DNA from: a bacterium
Lineage (GTDB): Bacteria > Vulcanimicrobiota > JAZDOK01
DNA: 64,000 nucleotides
Assembly (NCBI GenBank): GCA_043798715.1
Contig: JAZDOK010000004.1
Location: 114,537 to 178,536, forward strand
Direction: 5' to 3'
Position 1 is the first letter of the stretch; the number at the start of each line of letters is the position of its first letter. Positions 26,358 through 37,400 of the stretch are shown in pieces. The translations under genes and the position numbers were made by a program. Below the pieces are notes generated by a model. That model ran no database searches and had not been told where the DNA came from. It was given only the letters and a program-made list of their open reading frames with translations.

Positions 26358-28549
26358 AATTTAAATTAAAAATACATCGCCATCCCCCCGAACACTCCGT
26401 GCCCTTCCGCATCTCCGTTCTGGTGATGGTTCTGGTCGCCATTGTGACGACCCTGATGCAGCAGTTTGAATGGCCGCCCTGGGGATGGCAGGTCCTCGCG
26501 GGCACCATCACGGGCTTCTGGGTCAGTTACCTCCGGAGGGAGAAAAAAAACTGGTGGATAAAGCTCATCATCGCAGCACTGATGATCTGGGCTTTTTACG
26601 ATTTCTTCCGAAACCTCCTCCTCAATGTATACGACCCGAGGATACCCCTGACCAGCTTTCTGATCTGGCTTCAGACCCTCCACAGTTTCGACCTGCCTTC
26701 CCGGAGGGACTTGAATTATACGATGTGGGTGGCCCTGATCCTGATGAGCGCCGCCGCCGTCCTAAGCCGGGACATGTCATTCGGGATCGCCCTTGTCCTC
26801 TTTGTCCTCTGCTCCATCTATCCCCTTTACTTTAATTACCTCTGCGCGCTCCGGGAAAAGGCCCGCCTTCCTCCGCTTACCCGCTGGAACTGGTCATTGG
26901 GCCTGTATTCCGGGACACTGCTCATCATCATGGCCTTGAGCCTGGTCATCTATCTGGTGGTCCCCCGTACCCGGCGGATCAACATGCGTCCACTGCCAAT
27001 GTCTTTTAACCTCCACCTTCCCCGCTTCGGGATGGGCCGGATAAAAAATCCCGCCTATCCCTCATCTCAATCGGGAATGCTGCGGCTCAGGAGAATTTTC
27101 AACGCCGGAGCCTACTTCGGATTCAATGCCTTTCTGGATCTTAATATGCGGGGGCGCCTCGACAGCGAGGTCGTCATGCGCGTCAGAATGAGCAACGAAC
27201 TATACCTGCGCGGGCTTGCCTTTGACTTTTACGACGGCGCCGCCTGGTCCTTCAGCCGCGAGACCACCCAGGAGCTCAAGACGACAATGCCCCCCATTGT
27301 CGCTATTCCAGCTAAAACAAACGGATTTTTCTCTGAATTATCCACCGGCTCCCACCAGGAGATTCAGATCATCCATGTGGAAAAAGAACTGCCGAATATA
27401 ATATTTTCCGCTTACCGCCCCTGGCAGCTCTATTTTCCCTCCGACTATATCTTTTCGGACGCATTTTTCGGCTTAAGAAGCCCGTTTCCCCTTGAAAAAG
27501 GCATGATCTACAGCGTCGTCAGCCTCGTCAACGAATTTGCGCCGGCCCGATTATCCAGGTCGAAGAGCTTAAGGTACCCTCCCGGAATCAGAGAACTCTT
27601 TCTTCAATTGCCGCCTCTTTCGGACAGGTTGAAAAAGAAGGCCTCGGAGATTGCCTCCCGCTACAGGACGCCCTCACACAAAGCCCAGGCCATTTGCCTC
27701 TATCTACAAAATCACTTTCAGTATGACCTCGATATTCCGCCGTTTCCACAAAACGCCGAGACGGTGGATTATTTCATGTTTGTTACAAAACGGGGTTATT
27801 GCGAACACTTTGCAACCGCCATGGCCGTCCTTTGCCGCCTGTCGGGAGTCCCGGCCCGCCTGGTCACCGGATATACACCCGGCACTTACAATCCCCTGAC
27901 CGGCTACTATGAGATCCGCAACAAAGATGCCCATGCCTGGGTCGAGGTCTTCATCCCCAGGTTCGGCTGGATCTCCTTTGAACCCACCCCGGGATGGTCT
28001 CCGGCCCCGGAAGAAAGCGAAAAAGAACAATCTTTCTGGCTGGCCTCCCTGCTTATCAATTACCTGAAAGAGACCCCGCTTAAAGAGGCCCTGGAGGCCT
28101 CTGCCCGCTTTATTAAAAGTATCGCCGCCCCGGAGCAGCGCTCCCTCTTCCGCTCCTTCTATTTAAAAGGAGGGATCCTGGTTGTTCTTGCCATGCTGGT
28201 CCTGTTTTTTTCAAGGCGCTGGTGGAGGAAGCTTTTCCGGGGAAAGTCCCTCAATGCGCCGCATCCGGGAAAACTCCCGCCTCAAATACCCGATGAATTC
28301 AGAAAATCCATCGTTGAAAATTATCTGGCGCTGTGCCGCACCCTGAAAGCGCATGGCCAGATAAAGAATGCCGGACAGACACCCCTTGAATTCATCAGGA
28401 TCCTTCCGCCGCAACTTCCGCAGACCGAAATAATAGCTCTGACCCTGCTCTACCTTGAGGCCCGCTACAGCCTCCACACCATGGGGCCGGATGAAGTCAG
28501 AACTTCAAAATCGCTCCTCAATGCCGTGCGTGCCCGCGGGTTGTTGTAG
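26324..28549 (+). CDS. Transglutaminase-like membrane protein (TgpA-like)
   Basis: Multi-TM N-terminus followed by GYCEHFATAMAVLCRLSGVPARLVTGY...DAHAWVEVF, i.e. the Cys-His-Asp transglutaminase core. Confidence 0.8.
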   Translation: MPQGAGRAFQVKFKLKIHRHPPEHSVPFRISVLVMVLVAIVTTLMQQFEWPPWGWQVLAGTITGFWVSYLRREKKNWWIKLIIAALMIWAFYDFFRNLLLNVYDPRIPLTSFLIWLQTLHSFDLPSRRDLNYTMWVALILMSAAAVLSRDMSFGIALVLFVLCSIYPLYFNYLCALREKARLPPLTRWNWSLGLYSGTLLIIMALSLVIYLVVPRTRRINMRPLPMSFNLHLPRFGMGRIKNPAYPSSQSGMLRLRRIFNAGAYFGFNAFLDLNMRGRLDSEVVMRVRMSNELYLRGLAFDFYDGAAWSFSRETTQELKTTMPPIVAIPAKTNGFFSELSTGSHQEIQIIHVEKELPNIIFSAYRPWQLYFPSDYIFSDAFFGLRSPFPLEKGMIYSVVSLVNEFAPARLSRSKSLRYPPGIRELFLQLPPLSDRLKKKASEIASRYRTPSHKAQAICLYLQNHFQYDLDIPPFPQNAETVDYFMFVTKRGYCEHFATAMAVLCRLSGVPARLVTGYTPGTYNPLTGYYEIRNKDAHAWVEVFIPRFGWISFEPTPGWSPAPEESEKEQSFWLASLLINYLKETPLKEALEASARFIKSIAAPEQRSLFRSFYLKGGILVVLAMLVLFFSRRWWRKLFRGKSLNAPHPGKLPPQIPDEFRKSIVENYLALCRTLKAHGQIKNAGQTPLEFIRILPPQLPQTEIIALTLLYLEARYSLHTMGPDEVRTSKSLLNAVRARGLL

Positions 28550-30139
28550 CAAAAACAGGGCATCCTGGTCCGAATATTTTTTGATGCGAACAAGCTCGAA
28601 ATTCTTTGTAATCCCTTTTTTAAGCTCCAGGCAGTCTTTTAATCCGAAACAGATGAGTCTCCCCCCGGGTTTGCCCCGAAGGTTTGCGCATTCGCTTTCG
28701 GTGACTTCTATCTTCGCTTCGTCGCTCAGATAATAGCAGACCGGGCGGAAATTTGCCGGGTTGTCATGCAGGAAAACCTTATGGCCCTGCTCCATGAAAC
28801 TCCGGACCTGGCTACTCACGCAATCCGCCACTTTTTGCCCTTTGTAAAAATTCGCCTCATTATAAATATCCAGCACTTCACATTTCGCGAAGTAGGAGAA
28901 ATACAGCGCAAAAAAGCCCGTGGTCAGGACCACGTTCCCGGGAGCGAGGTCCCGCGAATAGAGCTGGACCGCCCCGATACAGGGATCCGTCCGGCCCTGA
29001 TGGAGGGGAAGAAAGCTGTCAACCATGTTCAGGCAAAAGATGACCATTCCTGCCAGCACCAGCAATGCCATCAGGCCCCAGCGGAAGATCTTTGCGGCCT
29101 CCCCCCGGAAAAAGGATCGCGACACGACGGACAACAGGACGCCCACCAGGATCCAGAATGGGAAGAGGACTACGTAGAGATTGGCATTTTCCCAGAGGTA
29201 GAGGAAGAAGCTGAAGACGCCCCAGACCAGACAAAGCAGGACTGCCTGGGCATGGGGTTTCATTTTTTTCCAGAAAATCAGAAGAAGGGCCGGGAGGAGA
29301 AGCGGCAGCCACATCTGGAAGAACTCCTCGCAGGCAACCACCTGGAAGACGTATCTGGTAAACCCCGAGGCCGCACCGGTTATTTGCGCGTTGAAGCGCG
29401 CCATATTCATTATCCCGGCGGCATTTCTCACGAGTTCCCACGGGGAAAGCCCCTGGTTCTGGGCGAGGAGCGGGCCCAGAATAATCAGGAGGAGAACCAG
29501 GGAGAACGCGTAAGCCAGGAGGTTCAGGATTTTCTCCCGTAAAGGACGCCGGACCGCGAGGAGCCCGGCCAGCACGGGCAAAGCAAAAAGGATATTCGTC
29601 GCATGGCCCAGCAGAGCCAGGCCATGTGCAGCTCCAAGCGCCAGGGACCAGCGGGCATCCCCGCGGGAGGCCTTAAGCAGCAGGAAAAAACACACCAGGA
29701 GCAACCCGGAGATGGGATAGAGCTTGTCCGTCACGCACATGAACCAGTAGTTCACGGAAAAACCCATGAGGAGGGCCGTGATAAAGGGGACCGCCGTTTC
29801 CCCCACCAGAAAGACGAGCAGCAGAAAGAAGAAACTCAGGCTCAAGGCCCCGAAGAAGGCGCTGATGCCTTCCATGATCCAGATCCCCCGCACTGTCATC
29901 CCCAGGTGCTGCAGGAGACCGTAAACCGCTTTCCCAAGGGGAATCCAGAGAAGGTGAAAAAACTCCCGCACCCCCGGAGTATCGCCCCCTTCTACGACCC
30001 GGCCGTAGAAAAGGTAGTCGCTGTCGTTGGAAAAATCCCCGGAGAGGGTCAGAAGATAAACTCCAAAGGCGACGACGAAAATTATCGACGCAAGGAGAAG
30101 AATAAAGCCGACGGATTTTTTTTGTTCAGCGTTTATCAA
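28505..30139 (-). CDS. Polytopic membrane protein, possibly a GT-C-type glycosyltransferase
   Basis: More than 10 predicted TM helices followed by a C-terminal soluble region; apparently co-oriented with, and immediately downstream of, the POT transporter. Confidence 0.4.
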   Translation of the reverse strand: MINAEQKKSVGFILLLASIIFVVAFGVYLLTLSGDFSNDSDYLFYGRVVEGGDTPGVREFFHLLWIPLGKAVYGLLQHLGMTVRGIWIMEGISAFFGALSLSFFFLLLVFLVGETAVPFITALLMGFSVNYWFMCVTDKLYPISGLLLVCFFLLLKASRGDARWSLALGAAHGLALLGHATNILFALPVLAGLLAVRRPLREKILNLLAYAFSLVLLLIILGPLLAQNQGLSPWELVRNAAGIMNMARFNAQITGAASGFTRYVFQVVACEEFFQMWLPLLLPALLLIFWKKMKPHAQAVLLCLVWGVFSFFLYLWENANLYVVLFPFWILVGVLLSVVSRSFFRGEAAKIFRWGLMALLVLAGMVIFCLNMVDSFLPLHQGRTDPCIGAVQLYSRDLAPGNVVLTTGFFALYFSYFAKCEVLDIYNEANFYKGQKVADCVSSQVRSFMEQGHKVFLHDNPANFRPVCYYLSDEAKIEVTESECANLRGKPGGRLICFGLKDCLELKKGITKNFELVRIKKYSDQDALFLLQQPAGTHGIEERF

Positions 30140-30169
30140 GGCGTTTTCCTTTATTGAAAACAGTTGTCC

Positions 30170-31531
30170 CTATTTTTTTTCTTCCATGGCCGATGCCTCA
30201 TGCAGACCCGGGGCCAGAAAGACGTTATATAGGAAGAGAAGGAAGGCGGTCAGAAGACCGACACAGCCGATTATATACCACATGGTGGAGAGCGAAATCA
30301 GGTGCGCATCGGATGCGGCATAGAGTTTTCCGCCCAGCACGTTGGCTATCAGGCTGCCGATACCTATCGGCAGGAATCCATAGCCCAGGAAAACAGCCAC
30401 CTTGTCTTTGGGAGCGATTCTCCCGACGTATTCAAGGAACTTGGGACTGGCCGCCATCTCGCCGAAAGCCAGGAGCACGATGGAAAGCACCACCAGCCAG
30501 GGATTGCGGGTGGATCCCGCCAGGAACATGGCGCCAGCGCTCAGGAGAACCCCCGCGATCATCGAGTGAAGAGGTTTGAACATCCCTGAGATCCGGCTCA
30601 CCAGTATCTGGAAGATGATGATGGCCGCGGCGTCCATGTCCGTCAGAATCTCGGGAGGAATCGCCTCCCCGACCCGTATCTGGCCGGAGGCCACCAGGGC
30701 CAGGCGGCCCTGGAGCACGTCGGCCCAGGGACGATAGAGGTGCGAGGCGGTGTCCTTTAAAAACTGGAGAATGGGCACCGTGTTTACATGATCCCGAAGG
30801 TAGAGCGTCATGGTGAGGTAGAGCTGAAAGAACATGACCCAGAAGCCTGAAAAAATGACGAGAAGAATGATGAAGCGCCAGTTGCGGAGCACCCCCACCG
30901 AATTCATGAGAACTTTACCGACCCCGCACGACGAGCGCACTTCGGAGGCCTCGCGGGGTTCCTTATAAAGAAATATGGCCGGAAGGAGCATGAGGCCCAC
31001 CCAGAGGGCCGAGGCCCAGAAGACCCACTGCCAGTTATGGGCCCTTAAGTAGCTGGCCACGAAGGGGCCGGCAAATCCCCCGATGTTGACTATCATGTAG
31101 TAGATCCCGAATCCCAAAGAACAGGTCTTCTCGTCCGTCGTGCGCGAGATGGTTCCCGTCAGGGTCGGCTTGAATAGAGCGCCCCCTATTGAAACCATTA
31201 GCAGAGCCGCAAAAATCCCTCCGTATGTCCTGAAATTACCGGACAGGAAATAGGCCAGGGACAAGGTGCTGAGGGCGATGACAAAGGACCTTTTATAGCC
31301 GTAGCGCTCGGCCACGGCGCCCCCGAAGATTGGAAGCATGTAGAGGAAGAAGGTATAGATCCCCATCATGAGGCCGGTCTGCTCCTTGGAAAAACCAAGG
31401 CAGCCCTCCCCCACCGCGCCCGTAAGATAAAGGGCCAGCACGTTGAACATGCCGTAGTAGGACATCCGCTCGAAGAGCTCCATGAAATTGCCGACCCAGA
31501 AACTGCGGGGAAACTTCCCGAGAATACTCAT
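30170..31531 (-). CDS. POT/PTR2-family peptide transporter, second copy
   Basis: FWVGNFMELFERMSYYGM and GGALFKPTLTGTISRTT. Start trimmed to MSILGKF (ATG 31531, GGAG RBS). Confidence 0.8.
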   Translation of the reverse strand: MSILGKFPRSFWVGNFMELFERMSYYGMFNVLALYLTGAVGEGCLGFSKEQTGLMMGIYTFFLYMLPIFGGAVAERYGYKRSFVIALSTLSLAYFLSGNFRTYGGIFAALLMVSIGGALFKPTLTGTISRTTDEKTCSLGFGIYYMIVNIGGFAGPFVASYLRAHNWQWVFWASALWVGLMLLPAIFLYKEPREASEVRSSCGVGKVLMNSVGVLRNWRFIILLVIFSGFWVMFFQLYLTMTLYLRDHVNTVPILQFLKDTASHLYRPWADVLQGRLALVASGQIRVGEAIPPEILTDMDAAAIIIFQILVSRISGMFKPLHSMIAGVLLSAGAMFLAGSTRNPWLVVLSIVLLAFGEMAASPKFLEYVGRIAPKDKVAVFLGYGFLPIGIGSLIANVLGGKLYAASDAHLISLSTMWYIIGCVGLLTAFLLFLYNVFLAPGLHEASAMEEKK

Positions 31532-31689
31532 CGCGCCACTCCTTCCAATCTCTTTATCCTTTTCTGCGCCAACAGTTCTCTTCCTCCCTCTTCCATTATT
31601 CAAAGATGGAGAAAATCGCATAACCGGAAGGAGTTCCTCCGATTCCTATAGAAAATTTCCAGAGCTGAAAATAAATCAGGAGGGCTCTA

Positions 31690-33068
31690 TGCAGTTCCAT
31701 GGGATTCCCAAAATTGTTCTCTTTCTGATTCTATCCCTTCTTCTCATGACCCCTCTGACCGCTCAGGCCGGAAATGAGACATCACCCCCCGAAGAGCCCA
31801 TGCTCTCCCTGGATGAGGCTGTTAAGATCGCCCTTAAGAGCAATCGAGATATTCAGAGTGCCTCTCTTGGCGTCGGCCGCTCGAAAAATTCCGTCTCAGC
31901 CGCAAAATCGGCCCGCTATCCCCAGGTGAGCGTCGGCGCCAAGCAGTCGAACGTTCTCACCCCGCAGGATTTCATGGTCAATGCCGGAGCTCTGGGCACC
32001 TACCCTGGAATCGGGCCCATTCCGTCCGAGACCCGCTCCATCGGACAGATTTCCGGCTCCACCACCATGGTGAGCCTGGAACTTGAACAGCCCATCACGA
32101 GCCTTTATAAAGCCAACATGAACGTGGGAGCCCAGAAGGCCCAGCTCGGAATCGCCTCGGAGGGAGAGCGAAGCCAGAGACAGGTGGTGGTACAAAACGT
32201 CAAACAGTCCTACTTCGAGATGCTGAATTATCAGAACTCTCTTATGGCCACCCGCGACTCTCTTAAATTTCTGACGGATCTCCGCCGGGTGGTGAACAAC
32301 CAGATCGGACAGGGAACGGCACTTAAGACCGATCTTCTCCAGGTGAATTCTCAGCTTGCCGAAACCCGCTACCAGGAGTCGGCTCTGGCCGACCAGCTCA
32401 TCACTTTGAAGCAGAAATTCAACATCCTTCTCGGGCGACCCATCGAAACTCCGTTCAGTATCGCTCTCCCTGAAAATTTTCAACAACAGCTCGGGGAGCA
32501 GGAAGACCTTGCCTCTCTTGAGGCCATCGCCGCAAAACAGCGCCCGGAGGTCCTCCAGAGCGCCCTTCAAATCAGCCAGGCCGAGTACCAGCGCGAAGTA
32601 CAGCGATTTGACTGGTACCCGGATATCGGCCTCTACGCAAGCTATTTAAATCAAAGCAATTCCGGCATCCTCCCCGGCAACATGACCTTTGCCGGGATAA
32701 AAGGCCAATGGGCGGTCCTGGATTGGGGACGCCGCGACAACCAGGTGGCCGGCCAGTCCAAGGCCGTCGAACAGGCAAAAAAACAGTCCGAACAGGTTAG
32801 AGATCAGGTGATGACGGAGGTCAGCTCCTCCTGGCGCAAACTTGGCCTGATCCGCTCCCGCCAGGAGGCCGACAAAGCCGCCCTGGATGCGGCGGAGGAG
32901 AATTTCCGCATCACTAACAATCGTTTCAAGGAAAAGCTGGCCCTGACCAAGGACGTACTTCAATCGCAAGCCCAGTTTTCCCAGGCCCGCCAGCAGTATC
33001 AGAAATCGCTGATGGACGAGGCGGCCGTCCGGGCGGAAATAGATCGGGTAACAGGGAGGAATCCATGA
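31690..33068 (+). CDS. Outer-membrane efflux protein (TolC family)
   Basis: Signal peptide MQFHGIPKIVLFLILSLLLMTPLTAQA (ATG 31690, AGGAGG RBS). The rest is repetitive coiled-coil/beta-barrel OMF-like sequence. The track ORF starts upstream at 31482. Confidence 0.7.
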
Positions 33069-34444
33069 AAAAGCTTTTGACCATTTTTACACTATGCCTG
33101 GCGGCGACCCTGGGGGGATGCACCCAGGCGCCAAAACCCCAGCCCAGGCCCCTCGCCCTGGTTCAGGTGGAGACGGTGGAGAAAAACTCCGTCGGAGCGC
33201 CTGTATCCACCTACTCGGCCTCCATAGATGCTTACAGCCGCGTTCAGCTCACCTTCCGGGGACAGGGCTATATCACCTCCATCCACCTGGTCAAAGAACC
33301 CGATGGAAGCACCCGCCTGGTGGACCAGGGAGACGAAGTGACCGCCGGCACCGTGCTGGCCTGCCTTCGTCCCGCGGATTTTCAGAACCTGGTGAACAGC
33401 GCCCAGTCGCAAATGGACAGAACGGTGGCCGGAGTTCAGCAATCAAAGTCCCAGGTGCTCCAGGCGCAGGCGGCGGAGGTTTCAGCCAGGGCCGCCGTGA
33501 AGCAGGCGGAAGCGGCCGAAGGAGAGGCCCGGGCCCAGGTGGCCGCGGCCCAGGCTGATTACGACAATAACCGGGCCAACTATGACAGGGCCGTCAATTT
33601 GCTGGCCAGCGAGAGCATGGCCCAATCTGATTATGACTCGGCCAAAGCCGCCTGCGACTCCTCCAAAGCCCGCCTGGATCAGACCAAACAGCAGATTTAC
33701 GCGGCCCAGGCCCAGCTCAGGTCCGTCCGGGCCAAGGTTGGCGAGGCAGTAAGCTCCGTGGGCATGTCCGTCGCAGCGCTCAACTCTCAGAAAGCCGCCG
33801 TACTGGGATCCCAGTCCCAGCTGGATCAGGCTAAACTTAATTATTCCGATGCCTTCCTGAAAGCGCCGTTCAGCGGCGTCATCCTGGATCGCAACGTGGA
33901 ACTGGGAACCCAGGTAACACCTGGAACGGTGGCATTTGAAATAGTGGCTCTGGACACCGTCAAGGTCACCTTCGGGGTTCCGGACATGGTGGTAAACCAC
34001 CTTAGGATTGGCCAGAAGGTGGACGTCATCTGCGACGCCCTCCCCGGCAAACTCTTTCACGGACGCATCCTGACCCTGGCGGCCGGAGCCGACCCCAAGG
34101 AGCGGACCTTCCAGGTCGTCGTCAAGCTGGCCAACACCAATCACCTCCTTCGAGTCGGCATGATCGCCTCTTTAGATCTTACTACTACTAACAGGAAAGC
34201 GATGGTGGAATTATCCATCCCTCTTTCCTCAATTGTCGAGGATCCAAATAATCCCGGTCAATACTGCGTATACATCGTCGAGGGCCAGGGAAATAATCTC
34301 ATGGCCCGGCTCCGCCGGATAAAGACCGGCGAGGCGATTGGAGATCGCATCACCATTAAGGAAGGCATTTCTCACGGAGACCGGGTGGTAACAAGCGGCC
34401 TCCAGCTCATCAAGGACGGGGATCCCATAAAGATCGGAGATTAA
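33065..34444 (+). CDS. Efflux RND periplasmic adaptor (membrane fusion protein)
   Basis: Lipoprotein signal LGGC, a long A/Q-rich coiled-coil hairpin, and a C-terminal beta-barrel region. Confidence 0.75.
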   Translation: MKKLLTIFTLCLAATLGGCTQAPKPQPRPLALVQVETVEKNSVGAPVSTYSASIDAYSRVQLTFRGQGYITSIHLVKEPDGSTRLVDQGDEVTAGTVLACLRPADFQNLVNSAQSQMDRTVAGVQQSKSQVLQAQAAEVSARAAVKQAEAAEGEARAQVAAAQADYDNNRANYDRAVNLLASESMAQSDYDSAKAACDSSKARLDQTKQQIYAAQAQLRSVRAKVGEAVSSVGMSVAALNSQKAAVLGSQSQLDQAKLNYSDAFLKAPFSGVILDRNVELGTQVTPGTVAFEIVALDTVKVTFGVPDMVVNHLRIGQKVDVICDALPGKLFHGRILTLAAGADPKERTFQVVVKLANTNHLLRVGMIASLDLTTTNRKAMVELSIPLSSIVEDPNNPGQYCVYIVEGQGNNLMARLRRIKTGEAIGDRITIKEGISHGDRVVTSGLQLIKDGDPIKIGD

Positions 34445-34448
34445 TAAA

Positions 34449-37400
34449 GTGGCACACGGAAAAAGCGACGCCGACTATATCAAAACCACCAGCAACCTGG
34501 CCCGTTTCTGCGTCAACAACCCGTCCGTTGCGATCGTCTTCCTTCTGATCGCCATGGGCATCGGTTTCCTGGGCTATCGCTCAATGCCCCAGCGCAAGGA
34601 TCCGGATATCCCGATCCGACAGGCCGCCGTGCAGGTTCCCTGGCCGGGTAACACGCCCATGCAGATCGAGCTTCAAGTCACCAAAAAGATTGAGGACATC
34701 TGCGCGACGAACAAGAACTTCAAGAAAATTGAGTCCACCGTCCAGCCGGGCCTGTCGATCACTTACATCGAACTGGAAGACAGCATCAAAGACGCCGACA
34801 AGGAGTTCGACGACATAGGGATCAAGCTCATCAATGCAGCCCCGAGCCTGCCGCAGGGAGCCGGTCCCATCTACTACATAAAGGATTTCGGGGACACCGC
34901 GGCCCTGATGCTCACGGTAGCCAGTCCCCCCCTGTCCAATGTCGAGATCGAAGCCAGGGCGACGCCCATCGTGGAGCGGATCAATAAGACCCGGGCGAAG
35001 CGCAAGATCAAAAGTCCGGGATTTCCCTACACCATCGTCTACTGTTATCCCAAAAACGCGGACATGCGACTTCTCCAGAGCACCGTGGGAACCTTCCAGA
35101 TTGACGCCGCCGTGAGTGGATTTGCCCGCGACATCCGCCTCATCCAGGGAGAAGGCTTCCTCGGCATCGACCTTTTGAGCACCGGGAGCGAGCAGGATGT
35201 CATGGCCTATCTTCAAAATTACATGGCCCACAATCTGAAGCTCGAAGAGATGAATCCGGACACCTGGCTCCCGGTGGTAGTCCAGGATCCGCTACAGTTA
35301 AAAGATCGGCTGTCGGTTGCGGCCCCGGACCGCTATACCTACCGGGAGATGGACGATTTCACCCGAACCATAGCCGACGGCCTTCGTACCGTCCCCCTGG
35401 CCACTTCGGTGGGTCGCAAAGGTGCCCTGGGAGAGGCGATCTACCTTAACTATTCGCAGAGCCGGGTGGCCGCCTATGGGTTCAACCCGAGCAAATTGCC
35501 CGAGCTTCTGGGCGCCCGCAATATTACCGGAGCCTCCGGAACCGCCCAGGCCGAGGGACAGGGGATCCTCTTTCAGACGGCCGGTCAGTTCAAAAATCAG
35601 GACGAGATCGGAAACATGATGATAGGTCAGGCCCAGGGCTCGCCGGTTTACCTCCGCGACGTAGTGGGGATCACCCGCAGCTACAATCTGCCGGCCACCT
35701 ACCTCAACTACCTCACCTGGAAGAACGATGCCGGAGCGTGGCACCGAAACCGGGCCATCACCATCTCGGTGCAGATGAAGCCGGGGCAGAAGATCCATGT
35801 GCTCGGGAAACAGATCGACGATAAGCTCGCGGATCTGCGCCGCCTGGTGCCCTCCGACCTGGTCATCGTCCGCACCTCCGACCAGCCGCGGCAGGTGGCG
35901 GAGAACATCGAACTTTTGAACACCGCCCTCATCGAAGCCGTGCTTCTGGTGGTGCTCGTCTCCCTCATCGGTTTCTGGGACTGGCGCTCGGCCTTGCTTA
36001 TGGCGCTCTCCATCCCCCTTACCTTATCCATGACCTACGGTTGCATGAGCCTGCTGGGTCTTGACCTCCAGCAGGTCTCCATCGCCTCCCTCATCATCGC
36101 TCTGGGACTTCTGGTCGACAACCCGGTGGTGGCGGGAGACGCCATCAAGGTCTCCATGGCCTCCGGGCAGCCGGCTAAGATCGCCGCCTGGCTGGGGCCC
36201 ACGAAGCTCCTTAAGGCCATCACGTTTGCCACTCTCACCAATATTGCAGCCTACGTGCCGCTGGCCTTCCTGCCCGGAGATCCAGGGAAATTCTTATACA
36301 GTCTGCCTCTCGTCGTAGGCTCTTCCCTCATTTGCTCGGTCATTGTAGCCCAGGCCTTCGTACCGACCATCGGGCGCTTCCTCCTTCGGCCCCAGAAGGA
36401 GGCTTCCGTGGAAGCGATGCGAACCACCGGATTCACCCGCTACTACTATCGTTTTGCCAACTTCTGCGTTCATCACCGCTGGAGAGTGGTCGGCGTGTCG
36501 CTGGTTCTTCTCATGCTCGGGCTTTTCCTGGCCTCCAGTCTCCCGACCCAGATGTTCCCCGATGACGAACAGTATATCTCCACCGTGGACCTCTACATGC
36601 CCTGCAACGCCGGCCTTATGGCCACCAATATAAAGGCGAAGGAAGTGGAAAGAGCGATAGGCAATATCGCCACCAAGCTCGGGCAGGACCTTACAAAGCG
36701 GAATAAACCGGATGTGCACGTCATCAAGACGATCACCACCTTTGTCGGCGGCGGCGGCCCCCGCTTCTGGTTCTCCATACAGCCGGAGATGTCCATGCTA
36801 AGCTACGCGCAACTGATTGTGGAATGTAATGACAAACATTACACCAACACCCTGGTGGACCGCCTGATGGAACAGCTTCCGCAGCAGGTGGCCGGAGTCC
36901 GTATAGACGTGCGCAAACTCCAGAGCGGGACCTCCTTCAAAGTCCCGGTGCAGCTCTATGTGAGCGGCTCGGACAACGCGTGGAAACCGCTGGTGGGCCT
37001 CTCCAATAAGATCCAGCAGATCTACCGGGCGGACCCCCAGGCCATGTCCATCCAGGACGATTGGGGTGAGCCCATCGGGACGGTGAACCTGGAGCCCGAT
37101 CAGGACAAGGCCAACATGGTCGGGATTACCAGCCTGGACGTGGCCCGATCCATGGCCCTGGCCGTGCAGGGACTTCCCGTGGGCACAGTGCTGGAGGGTC
37201 AGTACAGCATTCCCATCATTGCACGCTTAAACTCCGATGAGCGGGCCCAGCTCTCCGACCTTCGCAACCTCTATATCTACTCCTCCGCCACCGGAAACAA
37301 GGTGCTTTTGAGCCAGGTGGTCAAGGGGAACATCGACCTCAGCCCGTATTATATTCAGCGCCGCAATTTTCACCGCTGCATCAAGCCGGGGGCCTTCCCC

